32,000 nucleotides of DNA from Psychrobacter sp. HD31 (GCF_051097895.1 NZ_CP142525.1:1530001-1562000), one strand, 5' to 3'. Counted from the first letter of the stretch, positions 8,631 to 19,195 are shown. Notes: generated from the sequence alone by a model not told the origin. Numbers and translations: made by a program.

Positions 8631-9440
8631 ATGCAATCTTGGGTCATTGGTAATTGGAAGAAAAACCCTGCCACACTCACAGAAGTCAACGAGCTAACTT
8701 CCGCTATAAAATCAAAGTTCTTGCAAAAACAATCTTCTCAAGACTTCGATTCAACTTGCTACCCCCAACTTATGGTTGCACCAAGTACGATCCATCTTGT
8801 TATGGCATCACAAAGTTTAGAAGACACAAACATATTGGTTGGCTGCCAAGACATTAGTGCAAAAAGTGCCACTATTGGCGCTTACACAGGCGATAGCTCG
8901 GCACAGCAAATGCTGAATGCGGGCGGCTCTTGGACGTTAGTAGGTCATTCAGAACGTCGATCTTATCATCGAGAAACTGAGGACACCCTCATCACAAAAA
9001 TGCGTTTTGCATTTGAACAAGGGTTAGGTGTTGTTTTTTGCATTGGTGAAACAATAGAAGCCTATGACTTAGGCAAAACCATCCCTGTATTAGAAGAACA
9101 ACTACAGATTTTAAAGTCATTGCCAAACTTAAATGAGTTTTTTGCTAAAATTATCATTGCTTATGAGCCAGTTTGGTCAATTGGCACTGGTAAGGTGCCT
9201 TCTATCGAGGAAGTAGAAAAAGTTCATCAAGCAATCAAGCAATATGTGACTGGCATCAATGCCTCCCTTGCCGATGCCCCCATTTTGTATGGCGGCAGCG
9301 TCAATGCCGATAATGCAGACCAATTTGCAGCCAGCAAGTGGGTAGATGGTGCCCTAGTTGGCGGCGCATCACTCGATGCTGACAAGTTTTTAAGCATTGC
9401 AGATAGTTTTTATCAAGGCAAGCAACAACTCAACGGTTAG
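8631..9440 (+). CDS. tpiA: Triosephosphate isomerase
   Basis: 269 aa with catalytic motifs NWK, VGHSERR, AYEPVWSIGTG and YGGS. Confidence 0.9.
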   Translation: MQSWVIGNWKKNPATLTEVNELTSAIKSKFLQKQSSQDFDSTCYPQLMVAPSTIHLVMASQSLEDTNILVGCQDISAKSATIGAYTGDSSAQQMLNAGGSWTLVGHSERRSYHRETEDTLITKMRFAFEQGLGVVFCIGETIEAYDLGKTIPVLEEQLQILKSLPNLNEFFAKIIIAYEPVWSIGTGKVPSIEEVEKVHQAIKQYVTGINASLADAPILYGGSVNADNADQFAASKWVDGALVGGASLDADKFLSIADSFYQGKQQLNG

Positions 9441-9517
9441 TTGCTTGAAAGTTGGCAATATCGTCTCCATTTTCTGTTATAATGCCCGACTGACTGCTAA
9501 ATACCTCAGAGGAAAAC

Positions 9518-9865
9518 GTGTTTAATATTTTACTAGCCGTTCAAATTATTGTTGCTATCGCGATGATTGGATTAATCCTAATTCAACATGGTAAAGGCGC
9601 TGATGCCGGTGCTTCTTTTGGTGCCGGTGCTTCTGGTACAGTGTTTGGTGCAGCTGGCTCAGCAAACTTTTTAACTCGTGCAACCGCTGTTTTGGCAGCC
9701 ATATTTTTTGCAACGAGCATTTTACTGGCAATTTTGGCAAAAGATCAATCTAATGACCAATATTCACTAGAGGTGCCAGCGACTACAGAAGTTGCCACAG
9801 CTTCTGAAATCCCAACCGCTGAAAAACCAGCAACAACAGACAAAAAACAAACCGAAGAGCAATAA
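9518..9865 (+). CDS. secG: Preprotein translocase subunit SecG
   Basis: 115 aa, GTG start with a GAGGA SD. LIQHGKGADAGASFGAGASGTVFG is the SecG signature. The tpiA-secG-tRNA-Leu synteny is conserved. Confidence 0.9.
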   Translation: MFNILLAVQIIVAIAMIGLILIQHGKGADAGASFGAGASGTVFGAAGSANFLTRATAVLAAIFFATSILLAILAKDQSNDQYSLEVPATTEVATASEIPTAEKPATTDKKQTEEQ

Positions 9866-9940
9866 GCCGCTCTTGAAATTTAAGTATTAGGCCAGTAGAA
9901 TGCTGGCTATTCTTATACGAACAAGCATTATAGACACGTC

Positions 9941-9946
9941 TATAAT
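9941..9946 (+). promoter_or_regulatory. Consensus -10 hexamer TATAAT 9 nt upstream of tRNA-Leu
   Basis: TATAAT at 9941..9946. The -35 is weak (CGAACA at 17-bp spacing), so this rests on the motif only. Confidence 0.3.
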
Positions 9947-9955
9947 AGCCAATAT

Positions 9956-10040
9956 GCGACTGTGGTGGAATTGGTAGACACGCCATCTTGAGGGGGTGGT
10001 GACGCAAGTCGTGAGGGTTCAAGTCCCTCCAGTCGCACCA
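9956..10040 (+). tRNA. leuU: tRNA-Leu (anticodon GAG), type II with long variable arm, encoded CCA
   Basis: Hand fold: acceptor GCGACTG/CAGTCGC, anticodon stem CCATC/GGTGG, loop TTGAGGG (GAG), T-arm GGGTTCAAGTCCC. Same position after secG as E. coli leuU. Confidence 0.9.
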
Positions 10041-10128
10041 TTATTAAAACTTATCAAGCCTTCCTCGATATTCTTTATCCCATCCCGCCCATTAATTAAT
10101 CTTTCTTTTTATCTTAAGCACACTAACT

Positions 10129-11262
10129 ATGCAAACTTTAAACTACAATAACCACAATTATCATTTGCAACGCTACCCCACTACTGACGACCAATCATTA
10201 CGGGCATGGAGCAATGCCGAGATATTGGCAACCAATTATCTATTTGAGCAACAACTGCAATCCAGCCAAATTGTCTTATGTAATGACCGCTTTGGGGTTT
10301 GGAATTGTCTATTAAACGGTCAAACCCATCAACAAAACAATGGTTTTAAACAAATTAAAACTGTTGTCACTTATACAAGCCAACAAAAAGCAATCACTCA
10401 AAACTTATTGGCAAACAATTTAAATGATACGATTGATGTCATCAGCCCACTAGAGACACTAAAAAACGTAGAAGTTGCATTAATCAAAGTCCCAAAATCA
10501 TTAGAACTTTTTGAGCTGTTTTTGGCACAAGTACACAAAGGTGCAACAGCAGACACACAAGTAATCTGCTGTTTTATGACCAAATATTTTGCAAACTCTT
10601 TATTAAAAATTGCCGCATGCTATTTTGATGAGATAGAACAATCTCAGGCTTGGAAAAAAGCACGACTCTTGATACTAAAAAAACCAAAAAGTCATGTAGA
10701 TTACGGCTCATTTATTAACCAAATAACGTTTAACCAAACCAATTATCAGCAATACTTTGGTGTGTTTTCGGCAGATAAAATCGATATTGGCACCCAATTT
10801 TTATTGCAACAGTTTGATGGCATTAACCTAATGGTTAAAAATAAAGAAAACAAAATTTTAGACCTTGCCTGCGGTAACGGTGTCATTGCCAAAACGTTAT
10901 CAGCACAAAATCCTAATGCCGAATTTACCTTAACAGATGACTTTAACCTTGCCGTTGAGTCTGCTAAGTTAAATTTGGCTGGTATTAACGCAAAATACCT
11001 TTGGGATGACAGCTTAGATAAAATCGAAAACGATTACTTTGATTTAGTGGTATCCAACCCACCATTCCATTTTGAGCATGAAAACAACATCGAAGTTTCT
11101 CTCGGTCTGTTTAAGCAGGTACGCCGTGTTTTAAAAAATGGCGGTCGCTTTATTTTAGTTGCCAATAAACATTTAAGTTATGACACGCACCTATTGCCAA
11201 TTTTTAAACAGGTACACCTAGTTGCTTATAACAAAAAATTTGCCGTTTATGAATGTTCTTAG
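10129..11262 (+). CDS. rlmG: 23S rRNA m2G methyltransferase RlmG (YgjO-like); RsmC-type paralogue not excluded
   Basis: 377 aa. The N-terminus LQRYPTTDDQSLRAWSNAE resembles the E. coli RlmG start. SAM motif LDLACGNG and catalytic NPPFH. Confidence 0.7.
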   Translation: MQTLNYNNHNYHLQRYPTTDDQSLRAWSNAEILATNYLFEQQLQSSQIVLCNDRFGVWNCLLNGQTHQQNNGFKQIKTVVTYTSQQKAITQNLLANNLNDTIDVISPLETLKNVEVALIKVPKSLELFELFLAQVHKGATADTQVICCFMTKYFANSLLKIAACYFDEIEQSQAWKKARLLILKKPKSHVDYGSFINQITFNQTNYQQYFGVFSADKIDIGTQFLLQQFDGINLMVKNKENKILDLACGNGVIAKTLSAQNPNAEFTLTDDFNLAVESAKLNLAGINAKYLWDDSLDKIENDYFDLVVSNPPFHFEHENNIEVSLGLFKQVRRVLKNGGRFILVANKHLSYDTHLLPIFKQVHLVAYNKKFAVYECS

Positions 11263-11324
11263 CCTCATATGATGGCTAAACATTGTTATCGAAAATAAAG
11301 TTTAATAAATAAATCAAATAAGGC

Positions 11325-11353
11325 TTGACAAAAAATATCACACTATATATAAT
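11325..11353 (+). promoter_or_regulatory. Consensus sigma70 promoter of the tRNA-fMet/rimP-nusA-infB operon
   Basis: TTGACA (11325..11330), 17-bp spacer, TATAAT (11348..11353). AT-rich UP-like region upstream and a GC-rich discriminator TCGCACCC downstream. The tRNA starts at 11370. Confidence 0.75.
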
Positions 11354-11369
11354 TCGCACCCTAAGTTGA

Positions 11370-11446
<77 letters not shown>

Positions 11447-11498
11447 ATTTTATAGTCTTGATTGAATTAGCTGTTTTTAGTAATTCAATATGATTTAG

Positions 11499-11526
11499 CC
11501 CACCAGTTTGTCTGTGGGTTTTTTTG
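11499..11526 (+). terminator. Intrinsic terminator/attenuator after tRNA-fMet
   Basis: Stem CCCAC(C)AG / CTGTGGG with a 5-nt loop, followed by an 8-T run. Confidence 0.7.
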
Positions 11527-11690
11527 TATCTGTATGTTTGTATAACCACCATGCTATCTTCTATTTATGTTATAGTTTAAGGGTGTTCATACAAGCTGTT
11601 TTGTGATGCTTTTATTGGCTAACATACACAAAAATATCAACTTTTTAATATTTATTTAATAACTTATTCGATAAAAGATGGACAATTAAA

Positions 11691-12179
11691 TTGAAACTAT
11701 CCACTAAAGTTACCGAATTAACTAAAATAATCGCACCTTCCGTTGCTGCATGCGGTGTAGAACTTTGGGGTGTTGAGTTTTTGCCACAGGGTCGTCGTTC
11801 TTTATTGCGCATTTATATCGAAACCCTAGCAGAAAACAGAGATTCACAGCAAGTTACCATTGAAGATTGTGCCGCAGTAACCCACCAAGTAAGTGGCGCT
11901 TTAGAAGTACATGATCCCATTGCCGGTGAATACGTACTTGAGGTCTCTTCACCTGGTCTTGATCGAGCTTTTTTCTCTGCTGAGCAAATGCATGCCTATA
12001 CAGGACAAAACATCGACTTACGATTAATTCATGCAGTAGAAGACAAAACCGGCAAACGTCGTAAAGTTAGCGGCAAATTAGACAGCATTGACGATAAACA
12101 GTTGCAACTCACCAACGAAGAAGCAACCTACCAAATTGACTTAAACAATATTGATAAAGCCAACTTGGTGTATCAATAG
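11691..12179 (+). CDS. rimP: Ribosome maturation factor RimP
   Basis: 162 aa with a TTG start. Aligns from residue 1 with E. coli RimP as remembered (LRIYIE..., [10 protein letters not shown]). Confidence 0.85.
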   Translation: MKLSTKVTELTKIIAPSVAACGVELWGVEFLPQGRRSLLRIYIETLAENRDSQQVTIEDCAAVTHQVSGALEVHDPIAGEYVLEVSSPGLDRAFFSAEQMHAYTGQNIDLRLIHAVEDKTGKRRKVSGKLDSIDDKQLQLTNEEATYQIDLNNIDKANLVYQ

Positions 12180-12204
12180 ACTAACGCTATTTAAAGAGCA
12201 AAGT

Positions 12205-12684
12205 ATGAACCAAGTACAATTTATGAAAACAAGCTTAAATGAAGCAATAAATTGCCAAGGTATTACGGTTCGTACCAGCAATGCAGAAGAAATGACCGCA
12301 GGGCAAGAAAATAGCCCAGCAAAAATTGCTAGCCTATGGCAAGCTTTTCAGAACCAGTTTGGTAACAAGATAAATGACTCAACCCAAATTTATGGGGTGT
12401 ATCACAATTACGAAAGTGATGTGAATGGCAAATTTGATGTCACTGCTTGCTTGGCAGTAGATGAAAAAAGTTTAGAGTCAGAACTGCCAACCATTACCCT
12501 ACCAACAGGTGCATATCTTGTTTTTAAGAAACAAGGCAGTATGCCCCAAGCTGTGATAGACGCATGGGGCGAGGTTTGGGATTATTTTACAAGCACACAT
12601 TGCCAACATAGTAGAAAATACGATGTTGATTTTGAAAAGTATATTGGCAACAATACAATAGAAATTTATATTGGTATAAAATAA
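12205..12684 (+). CDS. GyrI-like / AraC-effector-binding (Cass2-type) small-molecule-binding domain protein, stand-alone
   Basis: 159 aa from the ATG at 12205 (AAAGAG SD). The track ORF start at 12151 overlaps rimP and has no SD. Family pattern: IASLWQAF...YGVYHNYESD...FDVTACLAV...LPTGAYLVF...MPQAVIDAWGEVWDYF...RKYDVDFEKY...IEIYIGI. Confidence 0.65.
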   Translation: MNQVQFMKTSLNEAINCQGITVRTSNAEEMTAGQENSPAKIASLWQAFQNQFGNKINDSTQIYGVYHNYESDVNGKFDVTACLAVDEKSLESELPTITLPTGAYLVFKKQGSMPQAVIDAWGEVWDYFTSTHCQHSRKYDVDFEKYIGNNTIEIYIGIK

Positions 12685-12754
12685 CTTATTAAAATAATCG
12701 TTATAGATTATTTACAAAAAACATTTTTAGTTTAATTTAACATTAACCCAATCG

Positions 12755-12774
12755 CTATCTTAAGATAGTTTTTT
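12755..12774 (+). terminator. Weak terminator-like hairpin plus T6 run 20 nt upstream of the nusA ATG
   Basis: CTATC-TTAA-GATAG followed by TTTTTT. The stem is short and AT-rich, so it may act only as an attenuator or pause site. Confidence 0.35.
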
Positions 12775-12794
12775 AATTAACGAGCAGGTAACTC

Positions 12795-14279
12795 ATGAGT
12801 CGCGAGATTTTAACAGTTGTAGAAACCGTCAGTAACGAAAAAGGTCTTAACCCTGAAGACGTGTTTGAGGCAATTGAACAGGCACTTGTTGTATCAACAA
12901 AAAAGAAAATATACACAGACCAACCAGAAGTAGCGATTCGTGTTGCGATTGACCGCAAAACTGGCGAATACGACACTTACCGCTTTTGGACAGTTGTGGC
13001 AGATGAAGACCACGAAATGCCAGCTCAACAGCTTGCTATTACCGACTTAGACCAAAGTGAATGGGCAATTGGCGATGTAAAAGAAGAACAAATCCCTTCT
13101 ATCGAATTTGGTCGTATTGCTGCCACGCAAGCAAAACAGGTTATCATCCAAAAAATCCGCGAAGCAGAACGTGCCTTAATTGCTGATGCCTATGAAGACC
13201 GTATCGGCGACATGCTGTATGGAGAAATCAAAAAACAAACTCGTGATGGCTTTATTGTTGATCTTGGTGATAAAGCAGAAGGCTACTTACCACGTGACCA
13301 AGTGTTGCCAGGTGAACAGCTGCGTGTTAAAACTCGCATTAACGCAATTTTAGCAGAAGTTAACCGAGAAAATCGTGGTTCTCAACTGCTTTTATCTCGT
13401 ACCAGTTCAGATATGCTGGTTGCGCTTATGCAAAAAGAAGTACCAGAAATTGCCGAAGAAGTCATCGACATTCGTGATGTTGCTCGTCTTCCTGGTACAC
13501 GTGCAAAAATTTCTGTTAAAACAAACGACAATCGCATCGACCCAGTTGGCGCATGTATTGGTATGCGTGGTACCCGTATCCAAGCCGTTCAGCAAGAATT
13601 AGACGGCGAACGCATCGACGTGGTTGTTTGGTCTGACGATCCTGCACAATATATCATCAGCGCATTAGAACCTGCTGATGTAAGCAGTATTGTACTTGAT
13701 GAAGATACAAAAACGGCAGACATTATTTTTGCTACAAATGACCAACTGGCTCGTGCAATTGGCTCACAAGGTCAAAACGTACGTTTGGCGTCAGAACTTA
13801 CTGGCTACAAACTAAACATGATGCTTGAAGAAGAGTATCAAGCCAAACAAGAAACCGAAAATAAAGCATTTGTTGAGCTATTTTACGAACGCTTAGAAGT
13901 AGATGAAGATCTTGCCCAAGCTTTAGTAGAAATTGGCTTTACTACCATTGAAGAAGTCGCCTATGTTCCTGCCGAGACCTTCTACGATATTGAAGGGCTA
14001 GACGATGATGCAATCGACATGATTCAAGAACGTGCTAAAGCTGCCGCTATTGCAGATGAGCTGGTTAAGCAAGAAAACATGAAACAACCAAGTGAAGAAT
14101 TGCTTGCTTTAGAAGGCATGACCACCGCTTGGGCATATAAATTAGCCGAGCGCGATGTCATTACTATCGATGATTTAGCAGAACAGGCTGTATTTGATTT
14201 AGAAGATATTGAAGGCTTAGACGAAGCCACTGCGGGTCAGTTAATTATGAAAGCCCGTGAATCTTGGTTTGATGAATAA
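12795..14279 (+). CDS. nusA: Transcription termination/antitermination factor NusA
   Basis: 494 aa with N-terminal, S1, KH1/KH2 (GACIGMRGTRIQ, AIGSQGQNVRLA) and acidic C-terminal repeat regions. Confidence 0.95.
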   Translation: MSREILTVVETVSNEKGLNPEDVFEAIEQALVVSTKKKIYTDQPEVAIRVAIDRKTGEYDTYRFWTVVADEDHEMPAQQLAITDLDQSEWAIGDVKEEQIPSIEFGRIAATQAKQVIIQKIREAERALIADAYEDRIGDMLYGEIKKQTRDGFIVDLGDKAEGYLPRDQVLPGEQLRVKTRINAILAEVNRENRGSQLLLSRTSSDMLVALMQKEVPEIAEEVIDIRDVARLPGTRAKISVKTNDNRIDPVGACIGMRGTRIQAVQQELDGERIDVVVWSDDPAQYIISALEPADVSSIVLDEDTKTADIIFATNDQLARAIGSQGQNVRLASELTGYKLNMMLEEEYQAKQETENKAFVELFYERLEVDEDLAQALVEIGFTTIEEVAYVPAETFYDIEGLDDDAIDMIQERAKAAAIADELVKQENMKQPSEELLALEGMTTAWAYKLAERDVITIDDLAEQAVFDLEDIEGLDEATAGQLIMKARESWFDE

Positions 14280-14380
14280 TACACATTTGAACGTGTACAA
14301 GCCAAAAACAACAGAGAGAGGGCAATAAAGGTCATCTCACTCAATTAAAACATTTTATATTTAAACAGTAGGTAATATTA

Positions 14381-17116
14381 ATGGCAGATAAAACCGTCAA
14401 ACAATTAGCAGAGATGGTAAGCAAGACCGTCAGTGTTGTACAGCAACAACTGGTCGATGCTGGATTGCCTGCTCGTGGCGAAGACGACCTCGTCTCTAAA
14501 AGCGAGCAAGAGCGACTGCTTGCTTATCTTAAACAAAGTCATGGACAGCAACAAAAAAGCCGTATTAGCCTAAAATCTAAAACGACGGGCACAGCACGTG
14601 TTACTGGCACTTCTGGTAGAGCAAAAAGCGTTAACGTTGTGCGTAGCAAAAAAATGACTTTTGAAAAGCCCGACCCTGCAAAAATTGCAGCAGAAAAAGC
14701 AGCAGCAGAAAAAGCAGCTGCCGAGGCAAAAGCAAAGGCTGAAGAAGAAGCTCGCAAAGCAGAAGCTGCTAAGAAAGAGGCAGAAGAGCGTCAGGCTGCA
14801 ACACTTGCTGCAATGAAGGCAAGCATAGCCAAAAAGTCAGATGCCAATATAAAAAGCGAAGTTGCTACCAGTGTTGTTGTTAAAAAAGATAAAAACAACC
14901 AAACAACAGAAGTGACTAAAGCAAAAGATACGAAAAAAGCAGTAGCTAAGCCTAAAAAACAAGAAAGCGCAAAAGCACGTAAAGAACGCGAAGCACGTGA
15001 AGCCGAAGAAGCTCGCTTACAGCAAATGGAAGCAGAGACTCGCCGTAAACAAGCCGAAGAGGCTCAAAAACGTACGCTAGAAAAAATGCGCGAAATGGCT
15101 GGCAAATACTCAACCGATAAAGCCCCTGCTGCCGAAGTACGCAAAGATGAACCGTTAGCAGAAGGTCTGGTTGGCCAGGCATTAGAAGAATCTTTTGAAA
15201 AGGAACGCCGTGAAATCAAACGTGGTACTAATAAAGATTCAAATGGTCGCAACCGTCGTCGCCGTGGTCGCAATCAAGAAGAACAACAACTTAAGCACAA
15301 AACACGTGGCTTAAAATCTTCTCAGGCTAACCAACATAAGTTTGAAAAACCTGTTGAAAAAATCATCCATAATGTCGAGATTGGTGAAGAAATTGTTGTA
15401 TCAGACTTGGCACAAAAAATGGCGGTTAAGGTACGAGAAGTTATCAAACTACTCATGAAAATGGGTGAAATGGTACGAGAAAGTGAAACCATTGATCAAG
15501 CAACCGCTAGCCTAGTGGTAGAAGAAATGGGACACAACCCGATTCATGTTAGTGATACCAAAGTGGAAGATGACTTACAAGAGTCTGTAAACGAGCGTGG
15601 CGAAAATGTACAAACTCGCCCACCTGTGGTTACCATTATGGGTCATGTTGACCATGGTAAAACCTCATTGCTTGACAAAATTCGAGAGTCAAAAGTTGCT
15701 TCTGGTGAAGCCGGTGGCATTACGCAGCACATTGGTGCTTACCATGTGAAAACAGACATGGGCGTTATTACCTTCTTAGACACCCCAGGGCATGCCGCAT
15801 TTACAGCAATGCGTTCACGTGGTGCTCAAGCAACAGATATTGTGGTAATTGTTGTCGCTGCCGATGATGGTATGATGCCTCAAACCGAAGAAGCCATCGA
15901 CCATGCACGTGCTGCTGGCACCCCTATCATTGTTGCGATCAACAAAATTGATAAAGACTCTGCCGACCCTGATAGAGTGTTAACCGACTTAAGCACAAAA
16001 GAAATCCTTTCTGAAGATTGGGGTGGCGACACACCAATGGCACGAGTTTCTGCTAAAACAGGGCAAGGTATTGATGAGCTGTTAGAGCTTATTAGCTTAC
16101 AAGCCGAGATTATGGAGCTTGAAGCGCCAGCTGAAGGTGCTGCACAAGGTGTTGTCATTGAATCTAAGCTAGAAAAAGGTCGTGGTGCCGTTGCCAGTAT
16201 CTTGGTTAAAAAAGGTACACTAAAACAAGGCGATCTAATACTGGCTGGTGAGCACTACGGTAAAGTGCGTGCCATGAATGATGAAAATGGTCAACGTATT
16301 AAATCAGCAGGTCCTTCTATCCCTGTAGAAATCTTAGGTTTACCAGAAGCACCATCTGCAGGTAGTGAGTTCCTGGTTGTTTCTGATGAGAAGAAAGCAC
16401 GTGAAGTTGCCGCATTCCGAGCTAACCGTGAGCGTGAACAACAACTAGAACGTCAAAACAAGATGCGCCTAGAAAACATGTTTGCGTCAATGGGTCAAGA
16501 AGAAGCCTCTACCCTAAACATCATCTTAAAGACAGATGTACGTGGCTCGCTTGAAGCCATCATCAATGCGTTAGATGAGCTATCAACCGATGAAGTGAAA
16601 GTACGTGTCATTAGCTCTGGCGTTGGTCCTATCACTGAGTCAGATGTTACATTGGCAGAATCAAGCGAAGCTGTGTTGCTTGGCTTTAACGTACGTGCCG
16701 ATAACGCAGGTCGCCGTAAAGCAGATGACGAAGGCATAGATATCCGCTACTACAGTGTTATTTATGGCTTAATTGATGATGTTAAAGCTGCCATGAGTGG
16801 CATGCTAGCACCAGAGCATCGTGAAGAAATCTTGGGTATTGCTGATGTACGAGAAGTATTCCGCTCTAGTAAGTTTGGTGCTGCTGCTGGTTGTATGGTT
16901 GCAGAAGGTACCATTTACCGCAACAAACCAATCCGTGTATTGCGTGATGATAAAGTCATCTTTACTGGTCAATTGCAATCACTACGCCGCTTTAAAGACG
17001 ATGTGAATGAAGTACGTGCTGGTATGGAATGTGGTCTTGCAGTTAAGGGCTACGAAGTACAAGCTGGCGATAAAATTGAGGTATTTAATATCCAAGAAGT
17101 ACAACGCCAATTGTAA
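14381..17116 (+). CDS. infB: Translation initiation factor IF-2
   Basis: 911 aa. Lys/Ala/Glu-rich N-terminal region, GTPase domain [12 protein letters not shown]...DTPGH...NKID, and conserved C-terminal domains. Confidence 0.95.
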   Translation: MADKTVKQLAEMVSKTVSVVQQQLVDAGLPARGEDDLVSKSEQERLLAYLKQSHGQQQKSRISLKSKTTGTARVTGTSGRAKSVNVVRSKKMTFEKPDPAKIAAEKAAAEKAAAEAKAKAEEEARKAEAAKKEAEERQAATLAAMKASIAKKSDANIKSEVATSVVVKKDKNNQTTEVTKAKDTKKAVAKPKKQESAKARKEREAREAEEARLQQMEAETRRKQAEEAQKRTLEKMREMAGKYSTDKAPAAEVRKDEPLAEGLVGQALEESFEKERREIKRGTNKDSNGRNRRRRGRNQEEQQLKHKTRGLKSSQANQHKFEKPVEKIIHNVEIGEEIVVSDLAQKMAVKVREVIKLLMKMGEMVRESETIDQATASLVVEEMGHNPIHVSDTKVEDDLQESVNERGENVQTRPPVVTIMGHVDHGKTSLLDKIRESKVASGEAGGITQHIGAYHVKTDMGVITFLDTPGHAAFTAMRSRGAQATDIVVIVVAADDGMMPQTEEAIDHARAAGTPIIVAINKIDKDSADPDRVLTDLSTKEILSEDWGGDTPMARVSAKTGQGIDELLELISLQAEIMELEAPAEGAAQGVVIESKLEKGRGAVASILVKKGTLKQGDLILAGEHYGKVRAMNDENGQRIKSAGPSIPVEILGLPEAPSAGSEFLVVSDEKKAREVAAFRANREREQQLERQNKMRLENMFASMGQEEASTLNIILKTDVRGSLEAIINALDELSTDEVKVRVISSGVGPITESDVTLAESSEAVLLGFNVRADNAGRRKADDEGIDIRYYSVIYGLIDDVKAAMSGMLAPEHREEILGIADVREVFRSSKFGAAAGCMVAEGTIYRNKPIRVLRDDKVIFTGQLQSLRRFKDDVNEVRAGMECGLAVKGYEVQAGDKIEVFNIQEVQRQL

Positions 17117-17135
17117 TTGTAAAATAAGCAAAAAA

Positions 17136-17166
17136 AGACCTAACTTAACGTCTAGGTCTTTTTTAT
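17136..17166 (+). terminator. Intrinsic terminator/attenuator between infB and rbfA
   Basis: Perfect stem AGACCTA / TAGGTCT with a 10-nt loop, followed by a T-rich tract TTTTTTATTTTT and preceded by an A-run. Confidence 0.65.
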
Positions 17167-17222
17167 TTTTATACGAAAGTGCTACACTAGCAATAATGAC
17201 AAAAATTAAATAAGGACAAAAC

Positions 17223-17627
17223 ATGAACCAACGTTTACAACGCATGGCAGACCAAATCCAGCATGAACTTGCCGTCCTCATCCGTGATGAAATTAATGAC
17301 CCTCGCCTTACAGGTTTTGTAACCATTTCTGGCGTTAAAGTTAGCCCAGATTTAGGCTATGCCGATATCTACGTCACCATCATGGAAGCGCAAGTGGGTG
17401 ACTCAATACAAGACATGGATAAAGACACCCATGCTGATAGCATCAAAGTACTTAATAAAGCCGCAGGCTTTTTACGTACAGAACTAAGCCATACGTTAAA
17501 AACTCGCACAACCCCCCGCCTTCGCTTCCATTATGATGAAGTAACCGCTCATGGTAATTATATGATGGATTTAATCAGCAAAGCTGTTCGTCAAACTGAT
17601 GAAAACGAACAAAATCAGCTTGATTAA
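17223..17627 (+). CDS. rbfA: 30S ribosome-binding factor RbfA
   Basis: 134 aa. RMADQIQHELAVLIRDEINDPR and TPRLRFHYD are the RbfA pattern. Conserved position after infB. Confidence 0.9.
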   Translation: MNQRLQRMADQIQHELAVLIRDEINDPRLTGFVTISGVKVSPDLGYADIYVTIMEAQVGDSIQDMDKDTHADSIKVLNKAAGFLRTELSHTLKTRTTPRLRFHYDEVTAHGNYMMDLISKAVRQTDENEQNQLD

Positions 17628-17664
17628 CACACTGCTAACCAACCTGAGTCTAAATAGAATTTAA

Positions 17665-18627
17665 ATGGCGAATCAATCACAAACACTAAAAGTATCTGGG
17701 GTACTTCTTGTTGATAAACCCAAAGGTATGACCTCTCAACAAGTGGTATCTAAAGTTAAATATCTGTTTAAATCTGCTGCGCACAACAGCAAAAAAGCAG
17801 GGCATACAGGCACCCTGGACCCTATGGCAACTGGACTTTTGCCTATTTGTTTAGGTGAAGCTACTAAATTTAGCCATTATCAGTTAGATGCCGACAAATC
17901 CTATCAAGCCATCATCAAGCTTGGCGAGCAAACCGACACAGGCGATGCTGAAGGCGCAATCATAGCTACTGCAAATATTCCTACCTTTACCAAGCAAGAT
18001 TTAGATAATACAGCTGTACAATTTACTGGCAATATCATGCAGATACCACCCATGTATTCTGCCCTTAAAAAAAATGGCAAAAAATTGTATGAATATGCCC
18101 GAGAAGGCAAAGAAGTCGACCGCCCTGCTCGCCCTATTAGCATTAAAAAGTTAACTCTGGATAAAATCAGCGATAACGAGCTTTTGTTGAATGTCACCTG
18201 TTCAAAGGGGACTTATGTACGTGTACTTGGTGAGGATATTGCAAAAGCCTTAGACACAGGCACACTCGGGCACTTAACTATGCTCAGACGCACCGCTACA
18301 GGGCATTTTGATATTAGTGATGCCATAACCATTGATGAGCTAGAAGGCTTAGAATTTAACGACAGATTTGAACATCTGCAAGGCATCGATGCTTGCCTTG
18401 GTAATATGTCAACACTCACCCTCGATGACCATCAGGTTTCGCGTTTGCGTTTGGGGCAACGTTTAAATGTGCATCAACAATTTAATGAAGATATTTTGAC
18501 CTTGTTTGGTGACGATGCAACAAACCAAGTCGATATTCGTTTATTATCTCATACCGGCGATTTTGTTGGCTTAGGTTTGCTTGAAGCAAATGGGCGCTTA
18601 CAACCAAAAAAAATGATTGTATTGTAA
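17665..18627 (+). CDS. truB: tRNA pseudouridine(55) synthase TruB
   Basis: 320 aa. GVLLVDKPKGMTS, the catalytic GHTGTLDPMATGLL, and QIPPMYSALK. Confidence 0.95.
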   Translation: MANQSQTLKVSGVLLVDKPKGMTSQQVVSKVKYLFKSAAHNSKKAGHTGTLDPMATGLLPICLGEATKFSHYQLDADKSYQAIIKLGEQTDTGDAEGAIIATANIPTFTKQDLDNTAVQFTGNIMQIPPMYSALKKNGKKLYEYAREGKEVDRPARPISIKKLTLDKISDNELLLNVTCSKGTYVRVLGEDIAKALDTGTLGHLTMLRRTATGHFDISDAITIDELEGLEFNDRFEHLQGIDACLGNMSTLTLDDHQVSRLRLGQRLNVHQQFNEDILTLFGDDATNQVDIRLLSHTGDFVGLGLLEANGRLQPKKMIVL

Positions 18628-18652
18628 GCATTCTATCAGCGTTAGTTTACAT

Positions 18653-19195
18653 TCACTGCAATTTAACCCAATCAATAATCAATTTAAAGTCTTCTGCTTT
18701 TTTATTGGCGATTAAAAAGCCCATTTCTGCAATTTGTGGATGCTTAAAATTGCCAATATCAAGCCTTCTACCACGAAAAGAAGGATACATATCAGATAAC
18801 TCAATTTGTATCTCTTGCCAATCGCCATTTGTAGAAAAATGGGCAACATAACTATGGCGTTGTTTGTTACTGCCTTTAAGCCTAAACTGATAATCTTTTC
18901 CATCACCTTTAAGACGAATCATCACTTTTTGCTTGTTGGTGGTACTAAGACTGTGCTGGGGTCGATAACGGATAGAGGTAAATCCACCATTATTTTTTAA
19001 AGACACATTGCCAGAAAAAACAATCTGTTTATCAGCATTTTTAGCCAAGTAACCAGCAGACCTTCCCCCCATCACACCATCGTTAACAACCTGCCATCCC
19101 TCAAGTGTGTTAATGTTTTTAAAATCAATAATATCGCTGGCATTTGCCGCTGTTGCAACAAAAGACAAGCCTAATAACAAGTTTTTAATATTCAT
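18653..19195 (-). CDS. Secreted CIA30-domain protein (complex I intermediate-associated protein 30-like)
   Basis: 180 aa with a signal peptide ending ATAANA-SD. VNDGVMGGRSAG...FSGNVSLKNNGGFTSIRY matches the CIA30 domain pattern as remembered. Confidence 0.65.
   Translation of the reverse strand: MNIKNLLLGLSFVATAANASDIIDFKNINTLEGWQVVNDGVMGGRSAGYLAKNADKQIVFSGNVSLKNNGGFTSIRYRPQHSLSTTNKQKVMIRLKGDGKDYQFRLKGSNKQRHSYVAHFSTNGDWQEIQIELSDMYPSFRGRRLDIGNFKHPQIAEMGFLIANKKAEDFKLIIDWVKLQ

Noticed and set aside
12151-12204. Upstream start (12151) of the 177-aa track ORF overlapping the rimP 3' end
   Set aside because: The extension [18 protein letters not shown] overlaps rimP in another frame and lacks an SD. 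The ATG at 12205 has an AAAGAG SD, and the family homology begins there.
14686-14760. Tandem GCAGCAGAAAAA-type repeats in infB
   Set aside because: They encode the Ala/Lys/Glu-rich low-complexity N-terminal region of IF-2 ([21 protein letters not shown]). This is a coding composition effect, not a repeat element.
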